From IMG/VR virus record IMGVR_UViG_3300031952_004642: DNA of 37,082 bases; one strand, written 5' to 3'. This document shows positions 10,501 through 17,642 of the stretch, piece by piece. Positions within the stretch are counted from its first letter, which is position 1. Each line of letters starts with the position of its first letter. The notes beneath the pieces are model-generated. The model saw nothing but the letters and a program-made list of their open reading frames with translations, had not been told where the DNA came from and searched no databases. The position numbers and the translations under genes are program-made. Source of the DNA: a virus. Its lineage: Duplodnaviria > Heunggongvirae > Uroviricota > Caudoviricetes.

Positions 10501-11211
10501 GAAAGACCAGTATCCCATGCCCATATTCCTGTTCTGTGCACATGCATAGCTGTCAGCAGCATCAACACGAAGATTACCACCGCAATACCCTGAACCACTC
10601 CATTTATGGGAATATCCAGCCTTTATCAAAGCAACGACCTCCTGAGCTTCGGCCAACGCAGTAGGCGCAGCACATGCAGGACTGATTTGACAACAAGCCC
10701 ATGACTGATAGGAATAACCATATGGGAAATTCCCATGCGCATCGGTATCAGTCGTATTCGTGTAATAAAGATAATCATTCCCGTCCATTTCACAGATATA
10801 ATTGGCTTCACCCCACGTGGCAGTAGTAGTAGCAGAAGAAACAGTCTTTGTCCGTGTCTCGAAAAAATCATTGGAAGAAGCATTCGCAAATCCAGTCCCA
10901 AGACTCAGGCAATTAATATTTACAGGAAATAACGGATTGCTCGCAGAGACCTGAACACTAGAAGGAGAATACCACGTATTCGTAAGCGTAAAAGTACCAG
11001 AATGCGCAGCAGTTGCCCTTAAAGTCAGATTCACCGAACATGAGCCATTCCAGAAAAAGCTTGGCATTTCAACATAATGATTTGAAGTCCCATCATCCTG
11101 AAGAACGTAATTGGCTGTATACGATGCAGAAACAGTCCAGATTGAAGATGCAACCACCAACAGGAAGGCGGTAAGCATACAACTAAATAACAGAATTTTA
11201 CTCGTGAACAT
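7576..11211 (-). CDS. Large Cys-rich secreted protein with C-terminal TM anchor (adhesin/spike candidate)
   Basis: Signal peptide; WSCNDWSVC..RTCSD TSP1-like motif; ENPISGASVSV carboxypeptidase-regulatory-like motif; Cys-rich C-terminal repeats; terminal TM. Confidence 0.8.
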   Translation of the reverse strand: MFTSKILLFSCMLTAFLLVVASSIWTVSASYTANYVLQDDGTSNHYVEMPSFFWNGSCSVNLTLRATAAHSGTFTLTNTWYSPSSVQVSASNPLFPVNINCLSLGTGFANASSNDFFETRTKTVSSATTTATWGEANYICEMDGNDYLYYTNTTDTDAHGNFPYGYSYQSWACCQISPACAAPTALAEAQEVVALIKAGYSHKWSGSGYCGGNLRVDAADSYACAQNRNMGMGYWSFRPFNSMASGFVNVSVTDMEDHDSGYAVTSCSRSVYLWDTGSDSVSLLSSSTPYSDELTLTADTEYWLMTYLVCTGASGAFGGSVHYDYTDYNMTIWGYEPNWSCNDWSVCADYLKYRTCSDLGGGLDPRVEFEDCFEPPAYTPAEEYTAGTPVYYTDYLGSLLGYHWYDPKVACQENEQHCAILAWNTNLWVVGGGLNIYWSDNGFTGSPLTYQQTVHFPLNDPDYGGNDLPNWNYLNATYEPMPYDIMFYAPDNKYYVITTNGDTNAKLWSYTSPTALSPVWTKTTIGCGGTSSSCTRYYPLGFYHKDTSQPLIAILRANGVGHGTGGCGFFTWALRTLHIDFYYLNGTLHHTTPAIKFWGTGCGGTGFYKARGIVYDDNHFRIMAELDVGAGLGDYFNDTISSGFVSDYYGFTYIRSEGDDFKYARPDNGMDEPEGFYGTMTSDFDTYTPQQPYYLLNFSLSEDIRLTDKIAITGRYAYAYERKTSNYNYILWGTPLYSTGIYFATEEFLPLIVYSTYTDPLTGTTIGANVTVVNVANDGYTESSQGSSILLHTTKRLQNDITFTSMDYLPINTQTTYDVPVSCDNMKFYVNLLAQSYILPIYVFDESENPISGASVSVDGMVYTTDSYGKILLVVSPLSGVTFSASVDNDNCKITYTPTGNPREYLVIVSKTGYKTAIHTGDVFVEAVAGGYSYLTEKSYTLTKGANVVVNVQSKGHVPITGGRVSVTASGMDTIRPTTVATTFPFTFIVINGTYPVNLSLFLQLTGCAWLYNATQQVLIHEDTISTSTTFTLPYSIDELPCQSSVDCAPSYCQGGVFYSLTGCNVDECVCEYSQETCLAVDLCDDDVGCIDETSTDVCRFDSECYGGNQCLDAYTLESWTCGGAGTCVAQRMTCDYLCDAAEKVCIPSPTGGIACDQSTTVGMLTCMRSGMLNFIGPTFDPLMSIGIALALVILVIAIAGLGFKAVSKSL

Positions 11212-11249
11212 GACCTGAAACCTCGTTGCTTTTTAATAAGGAAGCATGA

Positions 11250-11274
11250 TTAATAAACCTACCGATTCTGCCAT
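11250..11274 (-). promoter_or_regulatory. Structural-operon promoter, ATGGCAG-N10-TTTATTAA
   Basis: Same element and spacing as the coat-gene promoters. Confidence 0.6.
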
Positions 11275-11427
11275 ATAACGGTTTCGATGGAAAATTCATG
11301 AGCCCAAAGGCTTCCGACACGCCCATGATATATATTCTGGAGTCGGTATTTAAAAAGTTGCGATAGAAAGAAAGTAATTATGAATTCATTTTCTCGGCAT
11401 ACACGAGTTAAAATAAGGAGGTAAATC

Positions 11428-11983
11428 ATGAATGAAAATACCGAAATCCCAATACCCACACCAGCCGCACAAGAACCAATGCAAAAACGGATAATCGATA
11501 TGAGGAACGTCAACTTCGAAGTAGACCCAATGGTCGCACACAAGATTCAGACACAAATGAACGACAATCCCAGATTCGCCCAGACCATCAACACAAACAT
11601 CACGAAGCTGTTCTACGAATATCTCATGTACAAGGTCAAGATGCGTGAAAACCTGAATATCGCCATAAAAGGAGAAACTCGTTCAGGAAAGTCCACCGTC
11701 GCAATTTCGCTTGGCAATTTCATAGCATCCATGACCAGAGTCCCGTATGGCCCATTCAACATCTGCGCAAACGAGAGCGAGTACTACACAAAAGTAAGAA
11801 AAGCCAAGTTCAATGAACTATATCATATAGACGAACAAAAAGAATCGAAATTCGGAGCTGGGTCTTTCAGGGAAGAGATGGGAATTATGGATATGGACTT
11901 CATCATAAATCAAAAGAAGACCACCAGAAATCCAGAAATGAAACAGGCAATACCTGATTCACTGGAGCATTATAGCCAAGCAA
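11428..11983 (+). CDS. P-loop ATPase N-extein (exons 11428-11892, 11930-11937, 11968-11983); putative packaging/extrusion ATPase
   Basis: Walker A GETRSGKS, Walker B YHIDE. After removing two BHB introns it reads ...REEMGIMD-IQN-IIAKQ directly into the intein Cys1. Confidence 0.85.
11893..11929 (+). other. BHB-type intron 1 (37 nt, relaxed motif)
   Basis: 5' bulge ATA (11891-93), 3' bulge AAA (11928-30), central helix ATGG/CCAG with one mismatch, intron stem TGG-A-CTTC/GAAG-A-CCA. Removal gives GAT|ATC and the frame shift needed. Confidence 0.75.
11938..11967 (+). other. BHB intron 2 (30 nt, canonical)
   Basis: Exon stem AAT/ATT, central helix CCAG/CTGG, bulges AAA and AGC, intron stem TGAA-A-CAGG/CCTG-A-TTCA. 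Removes an in-frame TGA and gives CAG AA|C ATT (QNI). Confidence 0.9.
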
Positions 11984-12316
11984 TGCTTGACCTCGAACAC
12001 GAAAATATTCGTGCTGGACAAATCCTCATCTCATTTCACATCAAAGACCCTATCCGAGCTTGCTCAAATAGGTTCATTCAACGTGCTTGCGGCTGACCCG
12101 ATATGGCTGGCAAAAGGTTGGCTGAAAACTGAACCTAAAAAAGCAATTATAACATTCGCTGGGAAGAAGGCAATCAGGAAGCTGAAAACGGAAAATGGTA
12201 AACAAGTGAGCGGGAGCAACGAACATAAGCTTTACGTGAAAAGAGGAAAGAAGATTTTAAAGCTCACGATAGGCGAGATAAAATTAGGAGATGAATTGGT
12301 TTGCCTACCAAGATAG
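11984..12316 (+). mobile_element. Split intein N-half (110 aa, ends at its own stop codon)
   Basis: Starts CLTSNTKIFVLD (block A); block B-like KLKTENGKQVSGSNEHKLYV...IGEIKLGDELV; stop TAG at 12314-16. Confidence 0.85.
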
Positions 12317-13026
12317 ATATATCAAAAAAAAAGTTGGAACGACTTTACTGGAAAGAAGGTCTCTCCATCAATAAAATATCCAAAAGACTTTCGCTCAACA
12401 AGAATACTATTTATGACATGATGGTTCAAAAGCACATCCAACGAAGAAACTATTCGAATGCACTCCGTTTTTCCATCAAAGAACCAAACAAGCAAACATT
12501 AGCTTATCTCGCTGGTGTACTTGCTGGCGATGGTAATATAAATTCTAACGGAACCTTTGAATTGCAGACAATCGACCACGATTTCGCAGTTCACACATTT
12601 AATCGGCTTGATTCAATCGCCCCAGCCAAATTCATAAAACTAAAGAGAAAAACATCCGCTGGCAACCCAGTCTTCTCTATCAGATTGCATCGCAGAAAAT
12701 TCAATGACTTACTACAGAAAGTAAAGATTACGAATATAACGCACAAGAACTGGTTCATAAATGGTATTATCGATTCAGAAGCTTGTGTAAATAATTCTAA
12801 CCGAACTGTATCTATTTACATGGACAACAAGAACCTGCTGATACAAATTCAGAGTTATCTCAAATCCCAAAAAATTCATTCACGATTATATTGCAGAAAT
12901 GGATTACACTATTCACTTGTAATCATCAGGAAAGATTCAATTCTAAAATTCCATAAATATTTTCGCTTCTCAATCAAACGCAAAGAAGATAAACTTAAAC
13001 AAATCATATTAAATTATAGGAGGTAA
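12301..13026 (+). mobile_element. Free-standing LAGLIDADG homing endonuclease with N-terminal HTH
   Basis: LAYLAGVLAGDG and FINGIIDSEA motifs; separate frame from both intein halves; TTG start after GGAG. Confidence 0.9.
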
Positions 13027-13030
13027 TCAT

Positions 13031-13153
13031 ATGCATGAAATAGCAACGACCAAAATCACAGACATTCAGGAAGGCAAACCACAGGATACCTACGATATCG
13101 GCGTAAAGGATTGGCATAATTTCGTCCTTTCCAACGGTATACTGAGTTTAAAT
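13031..13153 (+). mobile_element. Split intein C-half (41 aa)
   Basis: GGAGGT RBS then ATG: MHEIATTKITDIQEGKPQDTYDIGVKDWHNFVLSNGILSLN|C. Blocks F/G present, terminal Asn, +1 Cys. Missed by the ORF track (too short). Confidence 0.9.
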
Positions 13154-13925
13154 TGTGTCCATACCATAGCCATCTGACGGCGGTAAAATGGATATACCCC
13201 TCGGACTTCATAGGATTTTTGCATAACGCACAAACCCGAAGAAAGCGAGGAACTCAGTATATGGCTTAAAGCAGAATGAGAAAATTCATCCCGCTGGCTA
13301 AGAAACCTACGGAAAAGACCTAAAGAACAAACTCATCAGATGCCTCGTTTACGATGTACGCCGCACAGTGATGGGCATGGCCACACCACTCGGCTACTTA
13401 ATCATCCCTAAGTTGGCTGAAGAAAAATATCAGCAGATGAATGAGAAAATCTGGTCGAATTACAGGCTCAACAACAAATATAAGCTCAACAGAACAGATT
13501 TTGACAGCATGTTAGAAGAAATGTATGAACAGAAAAAAGATACGTGGATTCAAAAAGAGCAGGACAGAGACTTCGGAACTCATCATGAAGAGAGATTCAA
13601 GCTCGGCGTATGGCTTGGTGAGCAGAAACAATTCATCGAGATAGACCACAAAGCTAAACAAAGGATTCTTGCGAGACAAATTTTCCGTGATTTGACCGAA
13701 GGTGAAATCGATGAGGTTGTCGAGACCGCACGAATGGGATTAAAGCTGGCAGACATCGAGAAGATGAAACAGAAACACACCAAAGATGCACGAAAAGAAG
13801 ACGAGACACTCGAAGAAGAAGAACGAGCCGAAATCGTAGCAAAAGCTGAACAAACTACCGAAAATACTGAAAAGGTTTCTGAAAACGATGAACAGGCTCC
13901 CGATGAAACCGAAAAACAGTCCTAA
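13154..13925 (+). CDS. ATPase C-extein (exons 13154-13167, 13188-13211, 13244-13268, 13302-13925)
   Basis: After removing three BHB introns: CVHTI-WIYPSDFI-ARNSVYGL-ETYGKDLKNKLIRCLVYDVRRTVMGMATPLGYLIIPK..., continuous with ORF 13368..13925. Confidence 0.85.
13168..13187 (+). other. BHB intron 3 (20 nt, canonical)
   Basis: Exon stem GTCCA/TGGAT, central helix TACC/GGTA, bulges ATA and AAA, intron stem GCC/GGC. Removal gives AT|A TGG and deletes a TGA. Confidence 0.92.
13212..13243 (+). other. BHB intron 4 (32 nt)
   Basis: Central helix CTTC/GAAG, bulges ATA and AAA, intron stem GG-A-TTT..TGC/GCA..AAA-C-CC. Removal gives AT|A GCG AGG AAC (IARN). Confidence 0.88.
13269..13301 (+). other. BHB intron 5 (33 nt)
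   Basis: Central helix GGCU/GGCU (G.U, G-C, C-G, U.G), bulges UAA and AAG, intron stem AGC..AUGAG/UUCAU..GCU. Removal gives TTA|GAA and deletes a TAA. Confidence 0.82.
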
Positions 13926-14044
13926 ATAGTCCTCGGTCTGCACCGATTACAGACCCGCAGCCTCCACGTCGGACTGCGCATAGCACAACCACATGTCTCA
14001 CACTTCGGAGACTGTGACAACGGAAGCCTATGACGCTGCATCAT
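13922..14044 (-). CDS. Tagged 40-aa Zn-finger microprotein (not in ORF track)
   Basis: MMQRHRLPLSQSPKCETCGCAMRSPTWRLRVCNRCRPRTI; CxxC...CxxC; start overlaps the upstream gene end. Confidence 0.55.
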   Translation of the reverse strand: MMQRHRLPLSQSPKCETCGCAMRSPTWRLRVCNRCRPRTI

Positions 14045-14045
14045 T

Positions 14046-14276
14046 TCAATCACCAATCTTTTCCTCAATAGTCTTCTCAACGATACGCATCAGCTTCTCA
14101 GCACCTTTCCGGCTGAGCAGTCTCTTGCCATGAACAAGTGTCTTAGTTACCTTGCCATCACACTCACGCCTGCGCAAGACAACGAACTCGCCAACAGGCA
14201 CACCTTCGAGAGTATCTATGAAATCTTTACGCCATTTACGTATTTCTGAAAGGCGGGTCTTGCGTCGCATCAGCAT
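14046..14276 (-). CDS. Tagged small protein (MLMRRKTRL)
   Basis: ATG at 14276 overlaps the upstream stop codon. Confidence 0.75.
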   Translation of the reverse strand: MLMRRKTRLSEIRKWRKDFIDTLEGVPVGEFVVLRRRECDGKVTKTLVHGKRLLSRKGAEKLMRIVEKTIEEKIGD

Positions 14277-14524
14277 CACCACTTCTTCTTCGAAGATTTT
14301 TGCAGGCCTTCACCGATTCCCTCAAGCATGCCGACACCAATGCCAGCTCCTGCCAAACCAAGCCCCGCTCCCATTATCTCATCACCTTTCGAATAGCCGA
14401 GACCCTTGGCAGCAGCACCACCGATTGCCAGACCTGCGCCTGTCTGCATCATCACATCAGACATGCGAGCCTTGCGAGACTTATGCTTCTTGGACTTAAC
14501 TAGCCTGCTTTTTCTTTTTGCCAT
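14276..14524 (-). CDS. Tagged glycine-zipper membrane protein (MAKRKSRL)
   Basis: GAGLAIGGAAAKG and GAGLGLAGAGIGVGML segments. Confidence 0.75.
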   Translation of the reverse strand: MAKRKSRLVKSKKHKSRKARMSDVMMQTGAGLAIGGAAAKGLGYSKGDEIMGAGLGLAGAGIGVGMLEGIGEGLQKSSKKKW

Positions 14525-14786
14525 GCTTCATCTCCTCCCTATATTCATAAGCACGCTTGCGCAACTCCTTCATAGTCGTCACGCCAGCGTATTTTTCGAC
14601 AGGCGGCTTGGCCCCATAAGCACCAATCGCAGCAAGTGCACCACCACCGCCAACAATCATCGAACCAAGGATTGGATTAATCGCAACATAAGGAATAGCA
14701 GCAATAGACGTAACGCCAGACGCATAAAAAAGCCGTCTGCGCCATTTCCCGTTCCCCTGCTTAGCGAGCCTTGATTTTCTTGGCAT
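14496..14786 (-). CDS. Tagged two-TM protein (MPRKSRL)
   Basis: Two hydrophobic helices with Gly motifs. Confidence 0.75.
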   Translation of the reverse strand: MPRKSRLAKQGNGKWRRRLFYASGVTSIAAIPYVAINPILGSMIVGGGGALAAIGAYGAKPPVEKYAGVTTMKELRKRAYEYREEMKHGKKKKQAS

Positions 14787-15102
14787 GAAGATACCTCTTT
14801 ATCTGTCTTTTGACCATTGCATCACGTTCAAGAGCCCGTTCACGCTGAGCCCTTATCTCAGCAAGACCGAATGCCCCGCCAATCGTCGGCGCAATACTCA
14901 AAAACCCGAGACATGCACCGAGCATAGGATTCACAGCAGCCGCTGGAGCAGCACCAGCGATAAACACCACACCAGTACCAGCCGATGCTTTTGCGATATT
15001 TTCAGGGCCGAATGCCCTTTCCAGCACAGCACGACACTTAGCTAAACGAACATGTTTTGGAACAGCAACCCGAGCCCTGCCTAAACGATGTCTCATAACC
15101 AT
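14761..15102 (-). CDS. Tagged two-TM protein (MVMRHRL)
   Basis: Hydrophobic hairpin; first gene after the promoter at 15123-15150. Confidence 0.75.
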   Translation of the reverse strand: MVMRHRLGRARVAVPKHVRLAKCRAVLERAFGPENIAKASAGTGVVFIAGAAPAAAVNPMLGACLGFLSIAPTIGGAFGLAEIRAQRERALERDAMVKRQIKRYLHAKKIKAR

Positions 15103-15122
15103 CTTGAGATTTCGAAAGATGG

Positions 15123-15150
15123 TTTAAAAATAGTATCTAAAATGGCAGGA
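15123..15150 (-). promoter_or_regulatory. Array promoter CTGCCATTTT-N-TATA
   Basis: Plus strand TTTAAAAATAGTATCTAAAATGGCAGGA; ATG ~21 nt downstream. Confidence 0.75.
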
Positions 15151-15186
15151 ACCCTTTTAAGAAAAGCGTTCACGGAAAAAACTCAT

Positions 15187-15603
15187 TCACTGATTCAGCT
15201 TCAGCACCTCAGCAAGAGTCTCATCAACAAGAGAAGGCGATTTGCGTACACTTTCCTCAACACGGTTCGCACGCCGATGAGCTTGTTCATAACTCATGCC
15301 TTGCTTCATCAGATGACGCTCCCATAGCTCATGAATGAGAATGACCTTCCTGTCATGTGGTGAAAGGCCTTCCTCAATCCAGACCTCGCCCTTTGGAATG
15401 TATTTATACACGTTATCATGTCCTGCAAGAGCAAAATCAACGGAGAACTTATCACGGACTGTCTGACCACTGACCAGCATGACCTTCAGGTTGTCAGAAC
15501 TGTATTTTTCAATAACACCACGATAGACAAGCCGTAACCTTAGCTTCCTTTGAGCACGATGAGCAACAAAAGCTGATTTCGGCAACCTTGAATGTCTTGT
15601 CAT
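15187..15603 (-). CDS. Tagged zincin-like metalloprotein (MTRHSRL; HELWERH...AH)
   Basis: VSGQTVRD..VDF..AGHD.VY.YIP..EVWI...LIHELWE..LM...YEQAH pattern with HExxE-type metal site. Confidence 0.7.
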   Translation of the reverse strand: MTRHSRLPKSAFVAHRAQRKLRLRLVYRGVIEKYSSDNLKVMLVSGQTVRDKFSVDFALAGHDNVYKYIPKGEVWIEEGLSPHDRKVILIHELWERHLMKQGMSYEQAHRRANRVEESVRKSPSLVDETLAEVLKLNQ

Positions 15604-15608
15604 ATTAA

Positions 15609-15725
15609 TTACCCGAACTGGAACTCCATCTCATCATAGTCATCCCGATGAACGACTTCATGATGGCGAAGCTTCCTCTTTCCAAGCCTCTTCAAAACCC
15701 GTTTAAGCCTAGAAAATCTTGCCAT
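15609..15725 (-). CDS. Tagged 38-aa microprotein (not in ORF track)
   Basis: MARFSRLKRVLKRLGKRKLRHHEVVHRDDYDEMEFQFG; fills the gap between neighbouring genes. Confidence 0.65.
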   Translation of the reverse strand: MARFSRLKRVLKRLGKRKLRHHEVVHRDDYDEMEFQFG

Positions 15726-15727
15726 GG

Positions 15728-16450
15728 TCAACCCTTCAGCTCATCATGAAAAGAAGGCTCTTCGGCATTCTCATCAACGCCAGAGAATTCATCAGTTCCA
15801 AGCGCACCAGAAGTTGTCGCAGTCTTCGGCAGATTGATATCAGCAGCATGTGGGGCAACACCAATGAATTCCTTTATGTTCCTTCTCGGCATAGTGTGAG
15901 TCGAACCATCAGGCATCGCAATCTCGATGTCTTCGAAGTTCAGATAGTCCTCTGCACGAACATAACCAACCAAACCAGCATCATCGGCAGGCTCATCGAA
16001 TAGCTGGGCCTTGAGCAGAACACTCTCTTCAGGATACTCAGCCATCAGCCGCCTAGCCACTTCAATGTTCTTGCCATGAAGCTGAGCCTCATCTTCATCT
16101 AGATAGATTAGCTCATGCATGAAACCGCCAAGCTCCTTTGCCGCCTTCCCACCCTTCTCCTGAAGTTCAGCATAACCTTTCGTTACATCTTCCTTTATGT
16201 CTTTGAACGTTTTCTTCAAGTCAAAATGAGGACTATCCTGAGCAAGCTCCTTCGTATCGGACTTAACAGACGAAGAAATCTCAGCATCGCCAAAATCATA
16301 TGAGACTTTCGGCTCAGCGGCATCAAGGGATTCCTGCTCATATGAGACTTTCGACTCAGGCTGACCACCAGAAGAATCTGGCTTATCATGCTTGAGTCTA
16401 TCCTTTCGCCTTGAACCATTTCCCTTCAACAAACGTGTTCTGCGAGCCAT
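15728..16450 (-). CDS. Tagged acidic protein (MARRTRL)
   Basis: Start ATG 16450, ~24 nt from the TATA. Confidence 0.8.
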   Translation of the reverse strand: MARRTRLLKGNGSRRKDRLKHDKPDSSGGQPESKVSYEQESLDAAEPKVSYDFGDAEISSSVKSDTKELAQDSPHFDLKKTFKDIKEDVTKGYAELQEKGGKAAKELGGFMHELIYLDEDEAQLHGKNIEVARRLMAEYPEESVLLKAQLFDEPADDAGLVGYVRAEDYLNFEDIEIAMPDGSTHTMPRRNIKEFIGVAPHAADINLPKTATTSGALGTDEFSGVDENAEEPSFHDELKG

Positions 16451-16473
16451 ATTTAATTCCTTTCCAAGACGGC

Positions 16474-16500
16474 TTTTAAATAGCACCTAAAATGGCAGGA
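16474..16500 (-). promoter_or_regulatory. Array promoter
   Basis: TTTTAAATAGCACCTAAAATGGCAGGA. Confidence 0.75.
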
Positions 16501-16505
16501 ACCCA

Positions 16506-16754
16506 TCATGCCTTTCGCTCCTTCGAGCTTACAAAACGCTCGACCTTCCCCAGACGAAGCTTATGCTTGACGAACTCTTTCCATTCCTGAGGAGTCCATT
16601 CATATTCCTTCTTCATCAAGGATTTGAACAATCTGCGAGCATGACGCTTGGTTCGTGCTATGACACGCACTGAGAATGGATAGTCTTCAGGTGTCATGTC
16701 AAAATATTTTGTCACATAATGCGGATGCTTTCGAGCAAGACGAGAACGTTTCAT
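16506..16754 (-). CDS. Tagged small protein (MKRSRL)
   Basis: 82 aa; ATGA overlap with the upstream microgene. Confidence 0.8.
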   Translation of the reverse strand: MKRSRLARKHPHYVTKYFDMTPEDYPFSVRVIARTKRHARRLFKSLMKKEYEWTPQEWKEFVKHKLRLGKVERFVSSKERKA

Positions 16755-16849
16755 ACATACCCCAACCTAAGCTCCTCACGCATAACATCGAACTTCGATT
16801 TTTCAGCATGCCTCTTCTTGCGGCTTTTAGAAAGACGTGAACGCTTCAT
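16751..16849 (-). CDS. Tagged 32-aa microprotein (not in ORF track)
   Basis: MKRSRLSKSRKKRHAEKSKFDVMREELRLGYV; coupled by ATGA overlaps on both sides. Confidence 0.7.
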   Translation of the reverse strand: MKRSRLSKSRKKRHAEKSKFDVMREELRLGYV

Positions 16850-17058
16850 CTCAACCATCCCAACTTCTTCATGGCTTTCTTTCCTTGTTTCTCCAGCCGC
16901 TTCTTCTCAGCGGCGAAACGAGGGTCTCGAATATAAACAGCACCATGCTTAGCCACAGCAGCGGTAACCTCATCAGAGCTAATCTCATTAAGCTCCTTCT
17001 CGATGAGCGGGATTTTCCTGTCACCGAATTTTACGAGACGGGATTTGCGCTTAACCAT
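16846..17058 (-). CDS. Tagged small protein (MVKRKSRL)
   Basis: 70-aa ORF. Confidence 0.8.
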   Translation of the reverse strand: MVKRKSRLVKFGDRKIPLIEKELNEISSDEVTAAVAKHGAVYIRDPRFAAEKKRLEKQGKKAMKKLGWLR

Positions 17059-17446
17059 ATATTACCTCGCCGAAAATAGCCTCCTGCACAACACCATCAA
17101 CTGCATCCGCATCCCAGTTACCAGTGTCCATGATATCGACAGAATCCAGCCCTCTGAAAAGATTATATTTACCAGACAGATTCTTCTCGACAAATGAAGG
17201 AATCGCCTTTGCAATTTGGTCTGCTGTAACCGTATGCTCTTTGCCTGTTTCAGTATCCAAGAACTTAAAGATTCCAGCATCATATTTCCAGCTTATGCAT
17301 CTCAACGAAGAAGATGAATACTCTGGATAGTTCTCCATCAATTCATTCGCCATTTCCTTGGCCTTAGAAGGTGAAAGCTTGACAGTGACAAGCCTGCTCG
17401 GACGTGGCCTTCCCGCAGATGTCATAAGACGAGAACGTTTAACCAT
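17051..17446 (-). CDS. Tagged protein with conserved phage-type C-terminus DADAVD.VVQ.A.FGEVIYG (MVKRSRL)
   Basis: C-terminal motif recalled from uncharacterised phage proteins; start ATG 17446. Confidence 0.75.
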   Translation of the reverse strand: MVKRSRLMTSAGRPRPSRLVTVKLSPSKAKEMANELMENYPEYSSSSLRCISWKYDAGIFKFLDTETGKEHTVTADQIAKAIPSFVEKNLSGKYNLFRGLDSVDIMDTGNWDADAVDGVVQEAIFGEVIYG

Positions 17447-17642
17447 TGATAGCACCTGCACTCTTCAGGAATCTCGAAAGCTTCATTTTCACGGCACTCT
17501 CATTATCGAGCTCTTTTACACCAGCATCAGACATAATAGAATCATAATCCTCTCCCTGAGCAACGAAGTCTCCAAGCGAGAAAATCCTTAGCCGCCTGTC
17601 ATGAACGAATGACAACTTGCGGGAAAGACGTGAACGCTTCAT
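17439..17642 (-). CDS. Tagged small protein (MKRSRL)
   Basis: 67-aa ORF. Confidence 0.8.
   Translation of the reverse strand: MKRSRLSRKLSFVHDRRLRIFSLGDFVAQGEDYDSIMSDAGVKELDNESAVKMKLSRFLKSAGAING

Noticed and set aside
11901-11974. Single 67-nt insertion flanked by CAT(C/T)ATA repeats, or ribosomal bypassing
   Set aside because: No BHB fits a single 67-nt intron and there is no stop after the putative take-off codon. Two introns (37+30 nt) fit well and give IQNIIAKQ.
12290-12320. A sixth intron joining IntN to the LAGLIDADG ORF
   Set aside because: The TTGGT/ACCAA hairpin gives cuts in the wrong frame or onto a stop. The RBS/start layout favours separate ORFs. A -1 frameshift cannot be fully excluded.
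11893-13301. ATPase as a pseudogene or sequencing-error frameshifts
   Set aside because: Each break coincides with a BHB structure whose canonical cut sites restore the frame and a protein-like motif. Random errors would not do this five times.
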